Part shown: positions 47,868-57,969 of the stretch, piece by piece
Numbering within the stretch: position 1 is the stretch's first letter
Layout of the letters: each line of letters opens with the position of its first letter
Source of the DNA: a virus
DNA length: 64,000 bases
Direction: 5' to 3' (one strand)
Virus record (IMG/VR): IMGVR_UViG_3300010149_000016
Coordinates: 2,898-66,897 of that record
Notes under the pieces: generated by a model
The model's database searches: none
Told to the model about the DNA's origin: nothing
Seen by the model: the letters and a program-made list of their open reading frames with translations, nothing else
Program-made: the position numbers and the translations under genes

Positions 47868-48323
47868 ATGGGTGTAAGTAGACCTACTGAGGTTTTAACT
47901 GGATCCACTGATTTCTATATAGTGTATACATTAATAGATATTACGGATTCGGGCGTAGTTAGTCCTAAAATAAGTGATAAAGGATATTTTCAAGCCCAAA
48001 ATTTGAATACTTTTATTCAAAGCATTAGTTTAAGATCGCAACCTGTGTTAAGCAGTGTTACTTTTTTAGATGCACAAGATTTAAGCAACTATAATTTTGG
48101 ATCTAATTATTCCGGAATACAAGATGTTTGGGTTTTAAAGTTTGCTAGTGAGACAGCAGATGCTTGGAAAAAAGATTCAAATAATGTTTATATGCTAGAA
48201 CAGGATTTTGATAAAATGCCTATTCATACAATACTTGATGAAACAGCAAATATTAATCCTGAAATTATAGATACGACAAGTAATAACAAAAACACGTACT
48301 TTAATTACCGTCAAAACATATAA
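47868..48323 (+). CDS. Hypothetical virion protein
   Basis: YTLIDIT motif; late cluster. Confidence 0.6.
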   Translation: MGVSRPTEVLTGSTDFYIVYTLIDITDSGVVSPKISDKGYFQAQNLNTFIQSISLRSQPVLSSVTFLDAQDLSNYNFGSNYSGIQDVWVLKFASETADAWKKDSNNVYMLEQDFDKMPIHTILDETANINPEIIDTTSNNKNTYFNYRQNI

Positions 48324-48395
48324 ATACATATGTATAACGAATATACATACTAAATCAGCTCTATAAGACGCTGCTAAAGATTGCGAGAGCAAAAT

Positions 48396-48680
48396 ATGGC
48401 AATGAACCAGTCAAGACTTGAGCGTGAAAATCTAGAAGCACATGTAGATTTATGTGCAGAGAGATATCGCGTGTTAGAAGAAAAATTAAATAGACTTGAG
48501 TCTAAAGTAGACTCATTAACAGATACTATGAGTAAAATGGCAGAAAAACAAACTGCTAGTACACTATCTAGTAATAAGCTAGTTATAGGTGCCGCTGCCA
48601 CGGTTATTGCAGGATTGCTTTCTACGGTAGTGTTATTATTATTAAATTTGCAAACGGTTACACCGCTACTAGGACAATAG
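48396..48680 (+). CDS. Coiled-coil protein with C-terminal TM helix (XhlA/holin-like)
   Basis: H..LCAERY coiled coil, hydrophobic C-terminus; TATAAATA 48319-48326. Confidence 0.55.
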   Translation: MAMNQSRLERENLEAHVDLCAERYRVLEEKLNRLESKVDSLTDTMSKMAEKQTASTLSSNKLVIGAAATVIAGLLSTVVLLLLNLQTVTPLLGQ

Positions 48681-48684
48681 ATAA

Positions 48685-48972
48685 ATGTTGCTAAACGAAG
48701 CATACAATACAATCGTTACTGAAGCTAAAGTAGTTTTTGCAAAACGTGGAAATTCAGTTACACGAAAATTTCGTTGTACAGTAGGACCACGAAAAGGCAG
48801 AGTAGTGGCTAATCCAAGCCAGTGTGCTGCACCAATAAATCTTAAGAAGAGATTTATTTTAAAAAGAACAAAAGCGGCTAAGGGTGCTAGAATGAATAAG
48901 AAAGCACAAAGGACTAAAAGACTAAGTCCAGCTAGTCGTATTGTAGCAAGGTTAAATAAGGCAAGAGGATGA
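48685..48972 (+). CDS. Highly basic internal head protein
   Basis: MLLNEAYNTIVTE|A leader, Arg/Lys-rich. Confidence 0.65.
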   Translation: MLLNEAYNTIVTEAKVVFAKRGNSVTRKFRCTVGPRKGRVVANPSQCAAPINLKKRFILKRTKAAKGARMNKKAQRTKRLSPASRIVARLNKARG

Positions 48973-49664
48973 ATATTTTAAATAACAGTACAATTGATAC
49001 AGTAATTGATTTTGCCAATGTTAAATTTGGTATGGAACTAACAAAAGAACAAGTTGTTAGTCAACTAAAAGGATTATCATTTTCAGAAACCTTAAAACTT
49101 TTAAGTGCTATGAAATCTGAAGATGGAGATAAGTTTTCAGAAATTATTGATTTAAGTTCAGTAAGCGAAGGCTATCATATTATGCCTGATATTGATAGAG
49201 AAAAATATCAAGAGCGTGATGGACTAGAAGGTCCGTTTCAGACTAAAAGTGGTAAAGTAGTGTATTACGATCCTAAAGAAGGATCATACTATGACCCAGA
49301 CACAGACATTTATATTTCTTATGATGAATGGAGAGCTTTAGATGAAGCAGGATACGGTACTATAAAAACAATGCAAGCAACAGCAAGTTCAGTTAAATCT
49401 GATACTACTAAACAATCTAATGCTCAACGTAGAGCAAATATTTCAAACCAAGATGCGAATAGAGATTCAACAAGATCAAACAGAACAGTAGCCGGCAGCA
49501 ATAAACAAGCTACTGGACAAGGTGCAAGCAGAATGCCAACTAATGCAGATCCAGATGATGTTCAAAGAGATCAAAACGCACAAGGCATTGCACAAAACAG
49601 TAACCAGTCAGCATATAACGCACAAGAAATTGAACGCCTAAAAAAGGCAGCCGGGATAGCATAA
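48969..49664 (+). CDS. Modular virion protein with OCRE-like YYDP repeats
   Basis: YYDPKEGSYYDPDTD module between VSE|G and LDE|A. Confidence 0.6.
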   Translation: MNILNNSTIDTVIDFANVKFGMELTKEQVVSQLKGLSFSETLKLLSAMKSEDGDKFSEIIDLSSVSEGYHIMPDIDREKYQERDGLEGPFQTKSGKVVYYDPKEGSYYDPDTDIYISYDEWRALDEAGYGTIKTMQATASSVKSDTTKQSNAQRRANISNQDANRDSTRSNRTVAGSNKQATGQGASRMPTNADPDDVQRDQNAQGIAQNSNQSAYNAQEIERLKKAAGIA

Positions 49665-49873
49665 TGAAAAGCATTGAAACCCCAGGCGGAATCCCAACAT
49701 TTTTATCACTTCACGAATGCGAAATGTACGAAAATTTATTAGAGCGTACATGTAAAGAAGATTTATCTGAACGTGAAGTTTACCTAATTCAAAACCTAGT
49801 TAACAAAAATATTGTTAAAAAAATAGTGGAGAATAATAAAGTATATTTTGAACGAATGAAAGGGAGCTTATAA
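49664..49873 (+). CDS. Small wHTH-like protein
   Basis: LSERE..LIQNLVNKNIV. Confidence 0.55.
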   Translation: MKSIETPGGIPTFLSLHECEMYENLLERTCKEDLSEREVYLIQNLVNKNIVKKIVENNKVYFERMKGSL

Positions 49874-50478
49874 TGCCAACACCAGAAACACAAGGAATGA
49901 TGGATATCATTAATAAACTTAATGAAGCATCAGAAAAGAAATCTGTAAAACAATTAAAAGAAATGAAAAAATCAGGCCAAGCACTTGCAGGCGTGAGTAA
50001 AGATGCTGAAGGTATGTTAAAAATACTACAAAAATTAGACGAAGCAACAACAAAAGCAACTGAAGAAGTTATTCAAGAATCACATGAAGATATAACATTA
50101 TCAGCAGTTACTAAAAAAGGTAATACTGTAAAAGTAGGAGATTTTGAAGTTGTATTAGAAAAGTCAACATTAGTACCAGGCATGTCAAAAACATTCTATA
50201 ATATTAAACAGGGCAACGAAACTGTATATAGTCAAATTGCATTGTTTGAGACAGCTATGGGTATAGTAAAAGGATTATTATTTGGAAAAGACACAAAGGT
50301 TGAAAAATTATTGGACCTAGATAATAGGTATGCTAGTGCATTAGCCGAGGCAGCAACGTTTAAATTGAAATGTAAGACATTAACTGAGTCAAGTAAGGTA
50401 GATATTGCCATGGCAAAGCAAGGATCTGCTCTACAAAAGATGAAATCTATCAAAAATCAAATCAAAACTAGCCTTTAA
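49873..50478 (+). CDS. Hypothetical late protein
   Basis: SD GGGAG; L.E sites. Confidence 0.65.
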   Translation: MPTPETQGMMDIINKLNEASEKKSVKQLKEMKKSGQALAGVSKDAEGMLKILQKLDEATTKATEEVIQESHEDITLSAVTKKGNTVKVGDFEVVLEKSTLVPGMSKTFYNIKQGNETVYSQIALFETAMGIVKGLLFGKDTKVEKLLDLDNRYASALAEAATFKLKCKTLTESSKVDIAMAKQGSALQKMKSIKNQIKTSL

Positions 50479-50522
50479 GCATAAATACAATATAATATAA
50501 AAAACCTAGTGGGGTAAAGAAC

Positions 50523-51290
50523 ATGGAATTAAAACAATTACAAGTGAACAGTCTAACAAAGTTAGATAACGTTCTTAAAGAAGTTTTTGGTATGCAATTT
50601 GACTTTGGTGCAGGTAATGCAAAATTAACCAAGGTTAAGTCAGTTACTGAAAAAAAGATCAACACACTAAAAGAAAGTGGTGTTGAAGTTAACGATAAGC
50701 AATATCAGAAGTTATTGCTAGTATTAGAAGGTATAAACACAGTTATGGCAAAGAACCCAGTAATGGAAAGCGAATTAGACCAAGCTGAAGTACTGCTAGC
50801 CGCAAAACAAATGGCAGACGATCTACAAAAAATGGCTGAAAATTTAGCTAGCATGCAAGTAGAAGAATTAATGAGCATCACTAACGCAATGAAAGAAGAA
50901 GTTGGTGTAGCAGAAGCAGATGCATTTAACACATCTGCAGAAACAGCAATTAGTTCAGCACTTGAAGCAGTTAAGACAGCTAATCAGCAAGTTGCTGATG
51001 CAGTTTTAGTAGCTCAAGGCCAAGCACCAGAAACAGATATGTCAATGGATACAGGAATGGACACACCAGCAGAACCAGAAATGGACGCAGGTATGGACGC
51101 ACCAGTTACAGAACCAGCAGGCGATGATTTTGAAGGTGCTGATGCAGCAAGTGCAGAAACAGACGAAGATGGCAGAGAGATGAAAGAAGACGCATATCTA
51201 AACGCACTACGTATGGTAAAAGAAGCACAAGCAGACGGCAAAGTTAATTCAGCAATATTAAAACAAGCATTTGCGGCATTGAAGAAGTAG
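50523..51290 (+). CDS. Acidic scaffold/prohead-core-like protein
   Basis: Late promoter 50480-50487; coiled coil plus acidic low-complexity tail. Confidence 0.6.
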   Translation: MELKQLQVNSLTKLDNVLKEVFGMQFDFGAGNAKLTKVKSVTEKKINTLKESGVEVNDKQYQKLLLVLEGINTVMAKNPVMESELDQAEVLLAAKQMADDLQKMAENLASMQVEELMSITNAMKEEVGVAEADAFNTSAETAISSALEAVKTANQQVADAVLVAQGQAPETDMSMDTGMDTPAEPEMDAGMDAPVTEPAGDDFEGADAASAETDEDGREMKEDAYLNALRMVKEAQADGKVNSAILKQAFAALKK

Positions 51291-51294
51291 GCCC

Positions 51295-51621
51295 ATGAGA
51301 TACGCTGATCTATTTGAAATCTCGCAAGTAGATTCAAAAGTTATTGATCTACTATCGATACTAAGTAGCGAAGGCGTTGAGAGTATTCCTCTTGACTCGC
51401 TAGTTAAAGAACTAGTGGCGATGGGAATTGATGCAGATAGTCAGTCGCTATTTGATGAAATACAAAATCTACCAATTGTTAATAATATTAAAGATGGCAT
51501 AGTGTATTTTAATACGGCTAGCATGGGTGCTAGCAATATGAATAAAGTAGATCCAGAAAAGGATAAAAAGCAAGTAAAGAATATGGCTAAGAAGCAAGTA
51601 AAAAAAGAGTTAGATAAATGA
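51295..51621 (+). CDS. Probable internal head protein
   Basis: MRYADLFE leader. Confidence 0.6.
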   Translation: MRYADLFEISQVDSKVIDLLSILSSEGVESIPLDSLVKELVAMGIDADSQSLFDEIQNLPIVNNIKDGIVYFNTASMGASNMNKVDPEKDKKQVKNMAKKQVKKELDK

Positions 51622-52232
51622 GTGTAGGACTAAATGCAGCTCAAGCAAGAGCTAAAGCTTCACAAGATATGATTGTGTATAAAGAAACTCAATCAATTAT
51701 GGAAGAAGTTATTACGCAAAGTGCGGCAGGTAAGTTTGAAGGTTATGTAGACGATGGTACTACAATGACTGACTCATCACCTAGTACTATTAAAATGGGT
51801 ACCCAAAACAACCCCACAATCACTGTTGGCGATACCCTAATAATTAATTCAGTAACAATTACTTTAGGAACTTCAGGAACAAGTATTAATGCCATAGTAG
51901 CAGATATTAATGATGCTGCAGTAACTGGCATAACAGCCAGTAAAGATGCAGGATACCTAGTATTAACAATAGAAGCATCTGGATCAACATGGACATATGA
52001 TATAGGTGCAGGAACAGCAAATACTGCATTAGGCTTTACAGCAGGAACATATAGTATAACAAACCCAACAAGTGTTAATTATTTTAATGTATGGCAAGGT
52101 ACAGCAACTGATAGAGGATTACAAAACCAAATGGAAACAGTAATCAAACACTTTCAAAATTTAGGATATAAAATTGAAAGATTATCAAATGCTACAACCG
52201 GAAAAACATTAAAATGGTACATTTATTGGTAG
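51618..52232 (+). CDS. Virion structural protein
   Basis: Thr/Gly-rich, IVADIN.A..G motif. Confidence 0.6.
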   Translation: MSVGLNAAQARAKASQDMIVYKETQSIMEEVITQSAAGKFEGYVDDGTTMTDSSPSTIKMGTQNNPTITVGDTLIINSVTITLGTSGTSINAIVADINDAAVTGITASKDAGYLVLTIEASGSTWTYDIGAGTANTALGFTAGTYSITNPTSVNYFNVWQGTATDRGLQNQMETVIKHFQNLGYKIERLSNATTGKTLKWYIYW

Positions 52233-52963
52233 GCAAAAAGATTGCCTTCATAGGCGATAGCTTTTCAGCATATTGGCAAACAGGCGTAGAAAAAAATAGT
52301 TGGACTTATCAACTAGCACAAAAATTCCCACAACATCAATATTATAATTATGCAACCGGCGGTCGTGGACACGATTATTATGAATGGTGTTTCTTAGATG
52401 CAAAATTACGTGGAATTGATATTATTTTTACTAATAGAACATTTAAGCAACGAGTAACTGAATTTGGTAGCATTGGTAATTTTGAATTTCAAGAAAATAT
52501 AATTGATAATAATTATATAACATTAGACGGTCCTCCACATGTTTGGTATTCAATTCATAGAAAATCTTCAATATTTACTATGGCAAATAATTATCCAAAA
52601 AGCATAGAATCTAATATTAATCAATCATTAGAACGTAAAAGTATATCAGAGGTATATCATTCTTGGAATGACAAATGGTATGATAATTTAGATAAATTAT
52701 ATAATTTTAAACATATTTTTAAATTAGAATTATTACGCATGGTAGATAATCCAGAGTTACGTACGGCAGAAGTTGAATTATATGAACAATTTGTACCCGA
52801 TGGAAAAAAGATATTTGATAAAGATGTTAATTCTCATATGGTGGCAGCATATAATTGCGGAATAACAGTAGCACCTGATGATAATCATTGGTCGTTGCTT
52901 GGCAACACATGGGTTCTAAATAATTTTATTTTAACCAAAGAAATCATTGACATCTTGTCATAA
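52214..52963 (+). CDS. SGNH hydrolase-like protein
   Basis: FIGDSF, NYATGG, DDNHW. Confidence 0.6.
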   Translation: MVHLLVGKKIAFIGDSFSAYWQTGVEKNSWTYQLAQKFPQHQYYNYATGGRGHDYYEWCFLDAKLRGIDIIFTNRTFKQRVTEFGSIGNFEFQENIIDNNYITLDGPPHVWYSIHRKSSIFTMANNYPKSIESNINQSLERKSISEVYHSWNDKWYDNLDKLYNFKHIFKLELLRMVDNPELRTAEVELYEQFVPDGKKIFDKDVNSHMVAAYNCGITVAPDDNHWSLLGNTWVLNNFILTKEIIDILS

Positions 52964-52975
52964 AGGTAGTACAAT
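52947..52975 (+). promoter_or_regulatory. sigma70-type promoter, leaderless
   Basis: TTGACA-17-TACAAT; +1 = ATG 52982. Confidence 0.75.
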
Positions 52976-52981
52976 TAACTC

Positions 52982-53665
52982 ATGCTAAAGATTAAAAGTC
53001 CATATCCATATAAAGAATTAAAACGAAAAAGTATAGACGGCAAACGTCTATATGAAAATCCTTACGGCGATCCAGTACCTAGTGTTACAACTATATTAGG
53101 TGCAACGCAGTCTGCAGAAAAACGTGCAGGTCTTGCTAATTGGAAAAAGCGTGTAGGAGATGCAGAAGCACAACGTATTGTTACTGAAGCAGCCAATGTT
53201 GGAACAGTAATGCATAATATATTAGAATATTGGGTTAAAAATGAAGAATATAACCCAGGAAATAATATTGTACATAAACAAGCAAAACAAATGGCAGAGG
53301 TTGTAAAACAAAATGTTGAATCAGATTTAGATGAAGTATGGGGCTCTGAAGTTAATTTGTGTGCCGCTAATTTGTATGCAGGTACTACAGACTTAGTAGG
53401 TGTTTATAAAGGACATCCAACAATTATGGACTTTAAACAGACTAATAAACCTAAAAAACGTGAATGGATTGAAGATTATTTTTTGCAAGGTGCCGCTTAT
53501 GCAACAGCTCATAATGAAATGTACAATACCACAATTGATCGTATTGCTATTTTTATGTGTAGCAGAAATTGCGAATGGCAACTATTTGAGTGCGGCCCAG
53601 ATGAATTCTCAAAATGGGAAATAAAATGGGCACAAAGATTAGAAAAATTCTACAAACTATCATAA
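52982..53665 (+). CDS. PD-(D/E)XK exonuclease
   Basis: PSVTTIL, GTVMH, AGTTD, DFK, Q..AY. Confidence 0.85.
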   Translation: MLKIKSPYPYKELKRKSIDGKRLYENPYGDPVPSVTTILGATQSAEKRAGLANWKKRVGDAEAQRIVTEAANVGTVMHNILEYWVKNEEYNPGNNIVHKQAKQMAEVVKQNVESDLDEVWGSEVNLCAANLYAGTTDLVGVYKGHPTIMDFKQTNKPKKREWIEDYFLQGAAYATAHNEMYNTTIDRIAIFMCSRNCEWQLFECGPDEFSKWEIKWAQRLEKFYKLS

Positions 53666-53751
53666 ATATATTAATACAAGGAACAAACAAGAAACATGTC
53701 AATTACATTTCGTAGCATACAAGACCTTGCTTTCTTATCCTGTTAAATTAA

Positions 53752-54186
53752 ATGAAAGATGTATGGCAACTACCAGTAAAATCTAGACTTCGAACTTGGA
53801 GAAATCTTAGGAAAGAAATCGAAGAACTAGATAAATTACCTGCCAAACTTGGCGTAGTCGTTGAGTTTTGGAGATACGCTCCAATTAGCGTTAGGGTTGT
53901 AGATCCATACAATGAAGATACCTGGCCAAATCCATGGGATCTTCTTCACGCCAATGAATATGACGAGAACGTTGTATCGTTGGGTATTGCATACACACTG
54001 CATTATAGTGGTATTCCATGTAGGATATTACTAGTACAGAGTGTAGAACAAAGTGAAATAAAATTAATAGTTTTAGTTGACAATACATATGTTTTAAACT
54101 ATAATTACGATAGTATAGACAACATAAAACTAATCGAAAACATGAATGTACTAAAGGACATAGATGTTAGTACATTAAGCAAATAG
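53752..54186 (+). CDS. Hypothetical protein
   Basis: WPNPWDL motif; late promoter 53661-53668 upstream. Confidence 0.65.
   Translation: MKDVWQLPVKSRLRTWRNLRKEIEELDKLPAKLGVVVEFWRYAPISVRVVDPYNEDTWPNPWDLLHANEYDENVVSLGIAYTLHYSGIPCRILLVQSVEQSEIKLIVLVDNTYVLNYNYDSIDNIKLIENMNVLKDIDVSTLSK
54077..54105 (+). promoter_or_regulatory. Consensus sigma70 promoter for nrdAB (intragenic)
   Basis: TTGACA-17-TATAAT. Confidence 0.75.
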
Positions 54187-54243
54187 TTATTGATACTTAA
54201 CGTTAGTTAAATACATGACTATTTAAAAAGAGATCGGACGAAC

Positions 54244-56568
54244 ATGAGCAAAGACACAATATCAATTACAAAAAGAGATGGTACTACAGAAGTACTTGAT
54301 TTAGAAAAAATGCACAAAGTTGTATTTTACGCATGTGAAGGAATTACTGGTGTTAGTGCTAGTGAAGTAGAAATTAAAAGCCATTTACAATTTTACGATG
54401 GCATTGAGTCTGCAAATATTCAAGAAACTCTTATCAAAGCAGCATCTGATTTAATTAGTGAACAAACACCTAATTATCAATGGGTTGCAGGTAGGCTAAT
54501 CAATTATCATTTAAGAAAAAATGTATATGGATCATTTAACCCAGATCATTTACGAGATATAGCTCGTAAAAATGTTGACCTAGGAATTTACGACGAAAGT
54601 TTTTTTTCTGTTTATAGTGATGAAGAAATTGATCAATTAAACAGTTATATCAAACACGACCGTGATGAGAATATTTCATATGTAGGTATGGAGCAATTCA
54701 GAGGTAAATATCTTGCACAAAACAGAGTAACAGGACAAATATTTGAAACACCGCAGATTGCATATATGATGATTGCGGCAACATTATTTTCAAATTACCC
54801 TACTGATACACGTTTAAGATATGTAAAAGAATATTACGATGCTATTAGTAATTTTGATATTAGTTTACCTACTCCTATTATGGCAGGATTACGTACACCA
54901 CAACGACAATTTTCTAGTTGTGTGCTTATTGAAACCGACGATAGTCTTGATAGCATTAATGCTACATCAAGTAGCATTGTAAAATATGTTTCTCAGAAAG
55001 CAGGTATTGGTATTGGTGCAGGTTCTATTCGTGCCATTGGTAGTCCTATTAGACGTGGTGATGCAACACATACAGGTGTTATTCCATTTTATAAACTATT
55101 TCAAAGTGCAGTTAAATCATGTAGCCAAGGCGGTGTACGTGGCGGAGCCGCAACATTATACTATCCAATTTGGCATCTAGAAGCTGAAGAATTACTTGTT
55201 TTAAAAAATAACAAAGGTACAGAAGACAACAGAGTTAGGCACATGGATTATGGAATTCAGTTTAACAAACTTATGTACGAACGTTTACTTACAGGCAAAG
55301 ATATTACATTATTCTCGCCTAGTGATGTTCCTGGTTTATATGATGCATTTTTTAATGACCAAGATAAATTTAAAGAATTATACGAAGAGGCTGAAAAAAA
55401 AGTTACTAGAAAAAAAGTTATTCCAGCATCTGAATTATTTGGTATGTTTATGGAAGAACGTAAAAATACAGGAAGAATTTATTTACAAAATGTAGATCAT
55501 GCTAATACACATGGTGCATTTTTAGAAGATGTTGCACCAGTAAAACAGAGTAACTTATGTTGTGAAATTAATTTACCTACTAAACCTCTTTCTTCGTTTA
55601 ATGATGAAGAAGGTGAAATTAGTTTATGTACATTGAGTGCTATTAATTGGGGTAACGTTAGATCTCCAGATGACTTTGAACGTATATGTAGATTAGCAGT
55701 ACGTGGGTTAGATGAGCTATTAGATTATCAAAACTATCCAGTATTAGCGGCAGAACTTAGCACAATGAAAAGACGTCCATTAGGTATTGGTATTATTAAC
55801 TTTGCTTTTTGGTTAGCTAAGAATGATTTAAACTATCAAGATATTGATAAAAAAGGCCTAGCATTAATTGATACATGGGCAGAAGCATGGAGTTATTATC
55901 TAATTAAAGCAAGTGCAGATTTAGCAGTTGACAAAGGTAATATATCAGGAATAAACGAAACAAAGTATGGACAAGGTATTACACCTAATATGACATACAA
56001 AAAAGAATTAGATGAATTAGTACCACATAAAGAACGTATGCCGTGGAAAAGTCTGCGTAAACAATTACAAAAAACAGGTATTCGTAATAGTACACTAATG
56101 GCACTTATGCCTGCTGAAACTTCAGCACAAATTAGTAACAGTACTAACGGTATTGAACCGCCACGTGCCTTTGTAAGTGTTAAGCAAAGCAAACATGGGG
56201 TTTTGAAACAGGTTGTGCCTGGTTATCCTAGGTTAAAGAATAAATACGATCTGTTATGGTCTCAAAAGAGTCCAGAAGGTTATTTAAAAATTATGGCTGT
56301 ATTACAAAAATACATTGATCAAGGCATCAGTGTTAATACAAGTTATAATCCGGAATTTTATGAAGAAGAAAAAATTCCAATGAGTACAATGTTACAGCAC
56401 CTTGTAATGTTTTACAAGTATGGCGGTAAACAATTGTATTACTTTAACACTTATGATGGTCAAGGAGAAATTGACTTTGATAAGAAAAATGCCGAGCAGA
56501 TGCTTGGTAGAGAAGAATTCGATTCAGACGAAGAATATGATGACTACTGCGAGAGTTGTGTAATTTAG
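54244..56568 (+). CDS. nrdA: Class Ia ribonucleotide reductase alpha subunit
   Basis: ATP cone (KRDG), SSCV, SNLCCEI, LYY, C-terminal CESC. Confidence 0.97.
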   Translation: MSKDTISITKRDGTTEVLDLEKMHKVVFYACEGITGVSASEVEIKSHLQFYDGIESANIQETLIKAASDLISEQTPNYQWVAGRLINYHLRKNVYGSFNPDHLRDIARKNVDLGIYDESFFSVYSDEEIDQLNSYIKHDRDENISYVGMEQFRGKYLAQNRVTGQIFETPQIAYMMIAATLFSNYPTDTRLRYVKEYYDAISNFDISLPTPIMAGLRTPQRQFSSCVLIETDDSLDSINATSSSIVKYVSQKAGIGIGAGSIRAIGSPIRRGDATHTGVIPFYKLFQSAVKSCSQGGVRGGAATLYYPIWHLEAEELLVLKNNKGTEDNRVRHMDYGIQFNKLMYERLLTGKDITLFSPSDVPGLYDAFFNDQDKFKELYEEAEKKVTRKKVIPASELFGMFMEERKNTGRIYLQNVDHANTHGAFLEDVAPVKQSNLCCEINLPTKPLSSFNDEEGEISLCTLSAINWGNVRSPDDFERICRLAVRGLDELLDYQNYPVLAAELSTMKRRPLGIGIINFAFWLAKNDLNYQDIDKKGLALIDTWAEAWSYYLIKASADLAVDKGNISGINETKYGQGITPNMTYKKELDELVPHKERMPWKSLRKQLQKTGIRNSTLMALMPAETSAQISNSTNGIEPPRAFVSVKQSKHGVLKQVVPGYPRLKNKYDLLWSQKSPEGYLKIMAVLQKYIDQGISVNTSYNPEFYEEEKIPMSTMLQHLVMFYKYGGKQLYYFNTYDGQGEIDFDKKNAEQMLGREEFDSDEEYDDYCESCVI

Positions 56569-56581
56569 GAAAGAAAACAAC

Positions 56582-57709
56582 ATGTCAATATTAAATGTAA
56601 AAAACGAAAAATATCATACTGAAGCCAATGCATTTCTTGATGGTGATTTAGGTTTTCAGCGTTATGATACTGTAAAATATAAACAGTTTGATAAACTAAC
56701 TGATAAACAATTAGGCTTTTTTTGGAGACCAGAAGAAGTTGATGTAAGCAAAGATTCAAAAGATTTTAAAGATCTTACTGAACACGAACAACATATATTT
56801 ACAAGTAATCTAAAACGTCAGATTCTATTAGATAGTGTACAAGGTAGAGCACCAGTAGAAGCATTTGGTCCTATTACAAGTTTACCGGAATTAGAAAACT
56901 GGATTATGACATGGACTTTTAGTGAAACAATTCATTCACGTAGTTATACACATATTATTCGTAACATTTATAATAACCCTACTTTAATTTTTGATGAACT
57001 AGCAGATAGTAAAGAAATTGTTGAATGTGCAGATGATATATCTAGATACTATAATGATCTTATTGAATATTCACAGTACTATCAATTATTAGGAGTAGGT
57101 ACTCACAAAGTAAATGGAAAAACTATTGAAATAAATGAGTATGATTTGAAGAAAAAGATTTGGATGTGTGCAAACAGTGTTAACGTATTAGAAGGAATTA
57201 GATTCTATGTTTCGTTTGCTTGTTCGTGGGCATTTGCAGAACTTAAGAAAATGGAAGGTAATGCTAAAATTATTAAATTTATTGCACGTGATGAGAATGT
57301 GCATTTAGCAAGTACACAATATTTACTTTCAAAAGTTCTAACAAAAGAAGATAAAGACTTTGCTAATATTGCAGAAGAATGTAAACAAGAAGTTACTGAT
57401 ATGTTTGTAGCCGCAGTAGAGCAAGAAAAAGAATGGGCTGATTATTTGTTTAAAGATGGTAGTATGATTGGTCTAAATGCACAATTGTTACATGATTATA
57501 TTGAATGGATTTGTTGTAAACGTATGACTGCATTAGGAATGAAATGTCCGTACTCAACACCTCAAGCTAACCCACTACCATGGACAGCAAAATGGATTAG
57601 CGGAGCAGAAGTACAGGTAGCACCACAAGAGACAGAGATTAGTTCTTATGTTATTGGTGGTGTAAAAAAAGACGTATCAGAAGATACATTTTCAGGAATG
57701 AGTTTATAA
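56582..57709 (+). CDS. nrdB: Ribonucleotide reductase beta subunit
   Basis: FFWRPEE, ETIHSRSY, EGIRFY, RDENVH. Confidence 0.97.
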   Translation: MSILNVKNEKYHTEANAFLDGDLGFQRYDTVKYKQFDKLTDKQLGFFWRPEEVDVSKDSKDFKDLTEHEQHIFTSNLKRQILLDSVQGRAPVEAFGPITSLPELENWIMTWTFSETIHSRSYTHIIRNIYNNPTLIFDELADSKEIVECADDISRYYNDLIEYSQYYQLLGVGTHKVNGKTIEINEYDLKKKIWMCANSVNVLEGIRFYVSFACSWAFAELKKMEGNAKIIKFIARDENVHLASTQYLLSKVLTKEDKDFANIAEECKQEVTDMFVAAVEQEKEWADYLFKDGSMIGLNAQLLHDYIEWICCKRMTALGMKCPYSTPQANPLPWTAKWISGAEVQVAPQETEISSYVIGGVKKDVSEDTFSGMSL

Positions 57710-57966
57710 TGATTACAATTTACGGAAAACCAGCTTGTCCTTACTGTGTTAAGGCAAAACAGTTATGTGAATCACGTGGGTACAACTTCGAGTATAAGCA
57801 ACTTGATGTAGATTTCACCAGAGAACAATTGTTCGAGGAGTTTCCAACTGCTAGAACATTCCCACAAATAATTGTAGGCGGCAACAAAGTTGGCGGCTAT
57901 GAGCAACTTGTCCAATACATTGAAGATACAGGATACAATGGTACAGGGCATTCAACCGGAGTATAA
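57709..57966 (+). CDS. Glutaredoxin
   Basis: CPYC, TFPQI, VGGY. Confidence 0.92.
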   Translation: MITIYGKPACPYCVKAKQLCESRGYNFEYKQLDVDFTREQLFEEFPTARTFPQIIVGGNKVGGYEQLVQYIEDTGYNGTGHSTGV

Positions 57967-57969
57967 ATT

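Noticed and set aside
52982-53665. Cas4-like nuclease as part of a CRISPR system
   Set aside because: No cas genes or array nearby, and no four-Cys Fe-S motif; standard phage exonuclease.
54181-54224. Imperfect hairpin upstream of nrdA as riboswitch or NrdR box
   Set aside because: AT-rich weak pairing; no match to a cobalamin riboswitch or NrdR consensus that I can support.
28616-57709. Inteins or introns in terL, uvsX, uvsW, helicase, nrdA, nrdB
   Set aside because: Lengths are normal, motifs contiguous, no splicing motifs or homing endonuclease.
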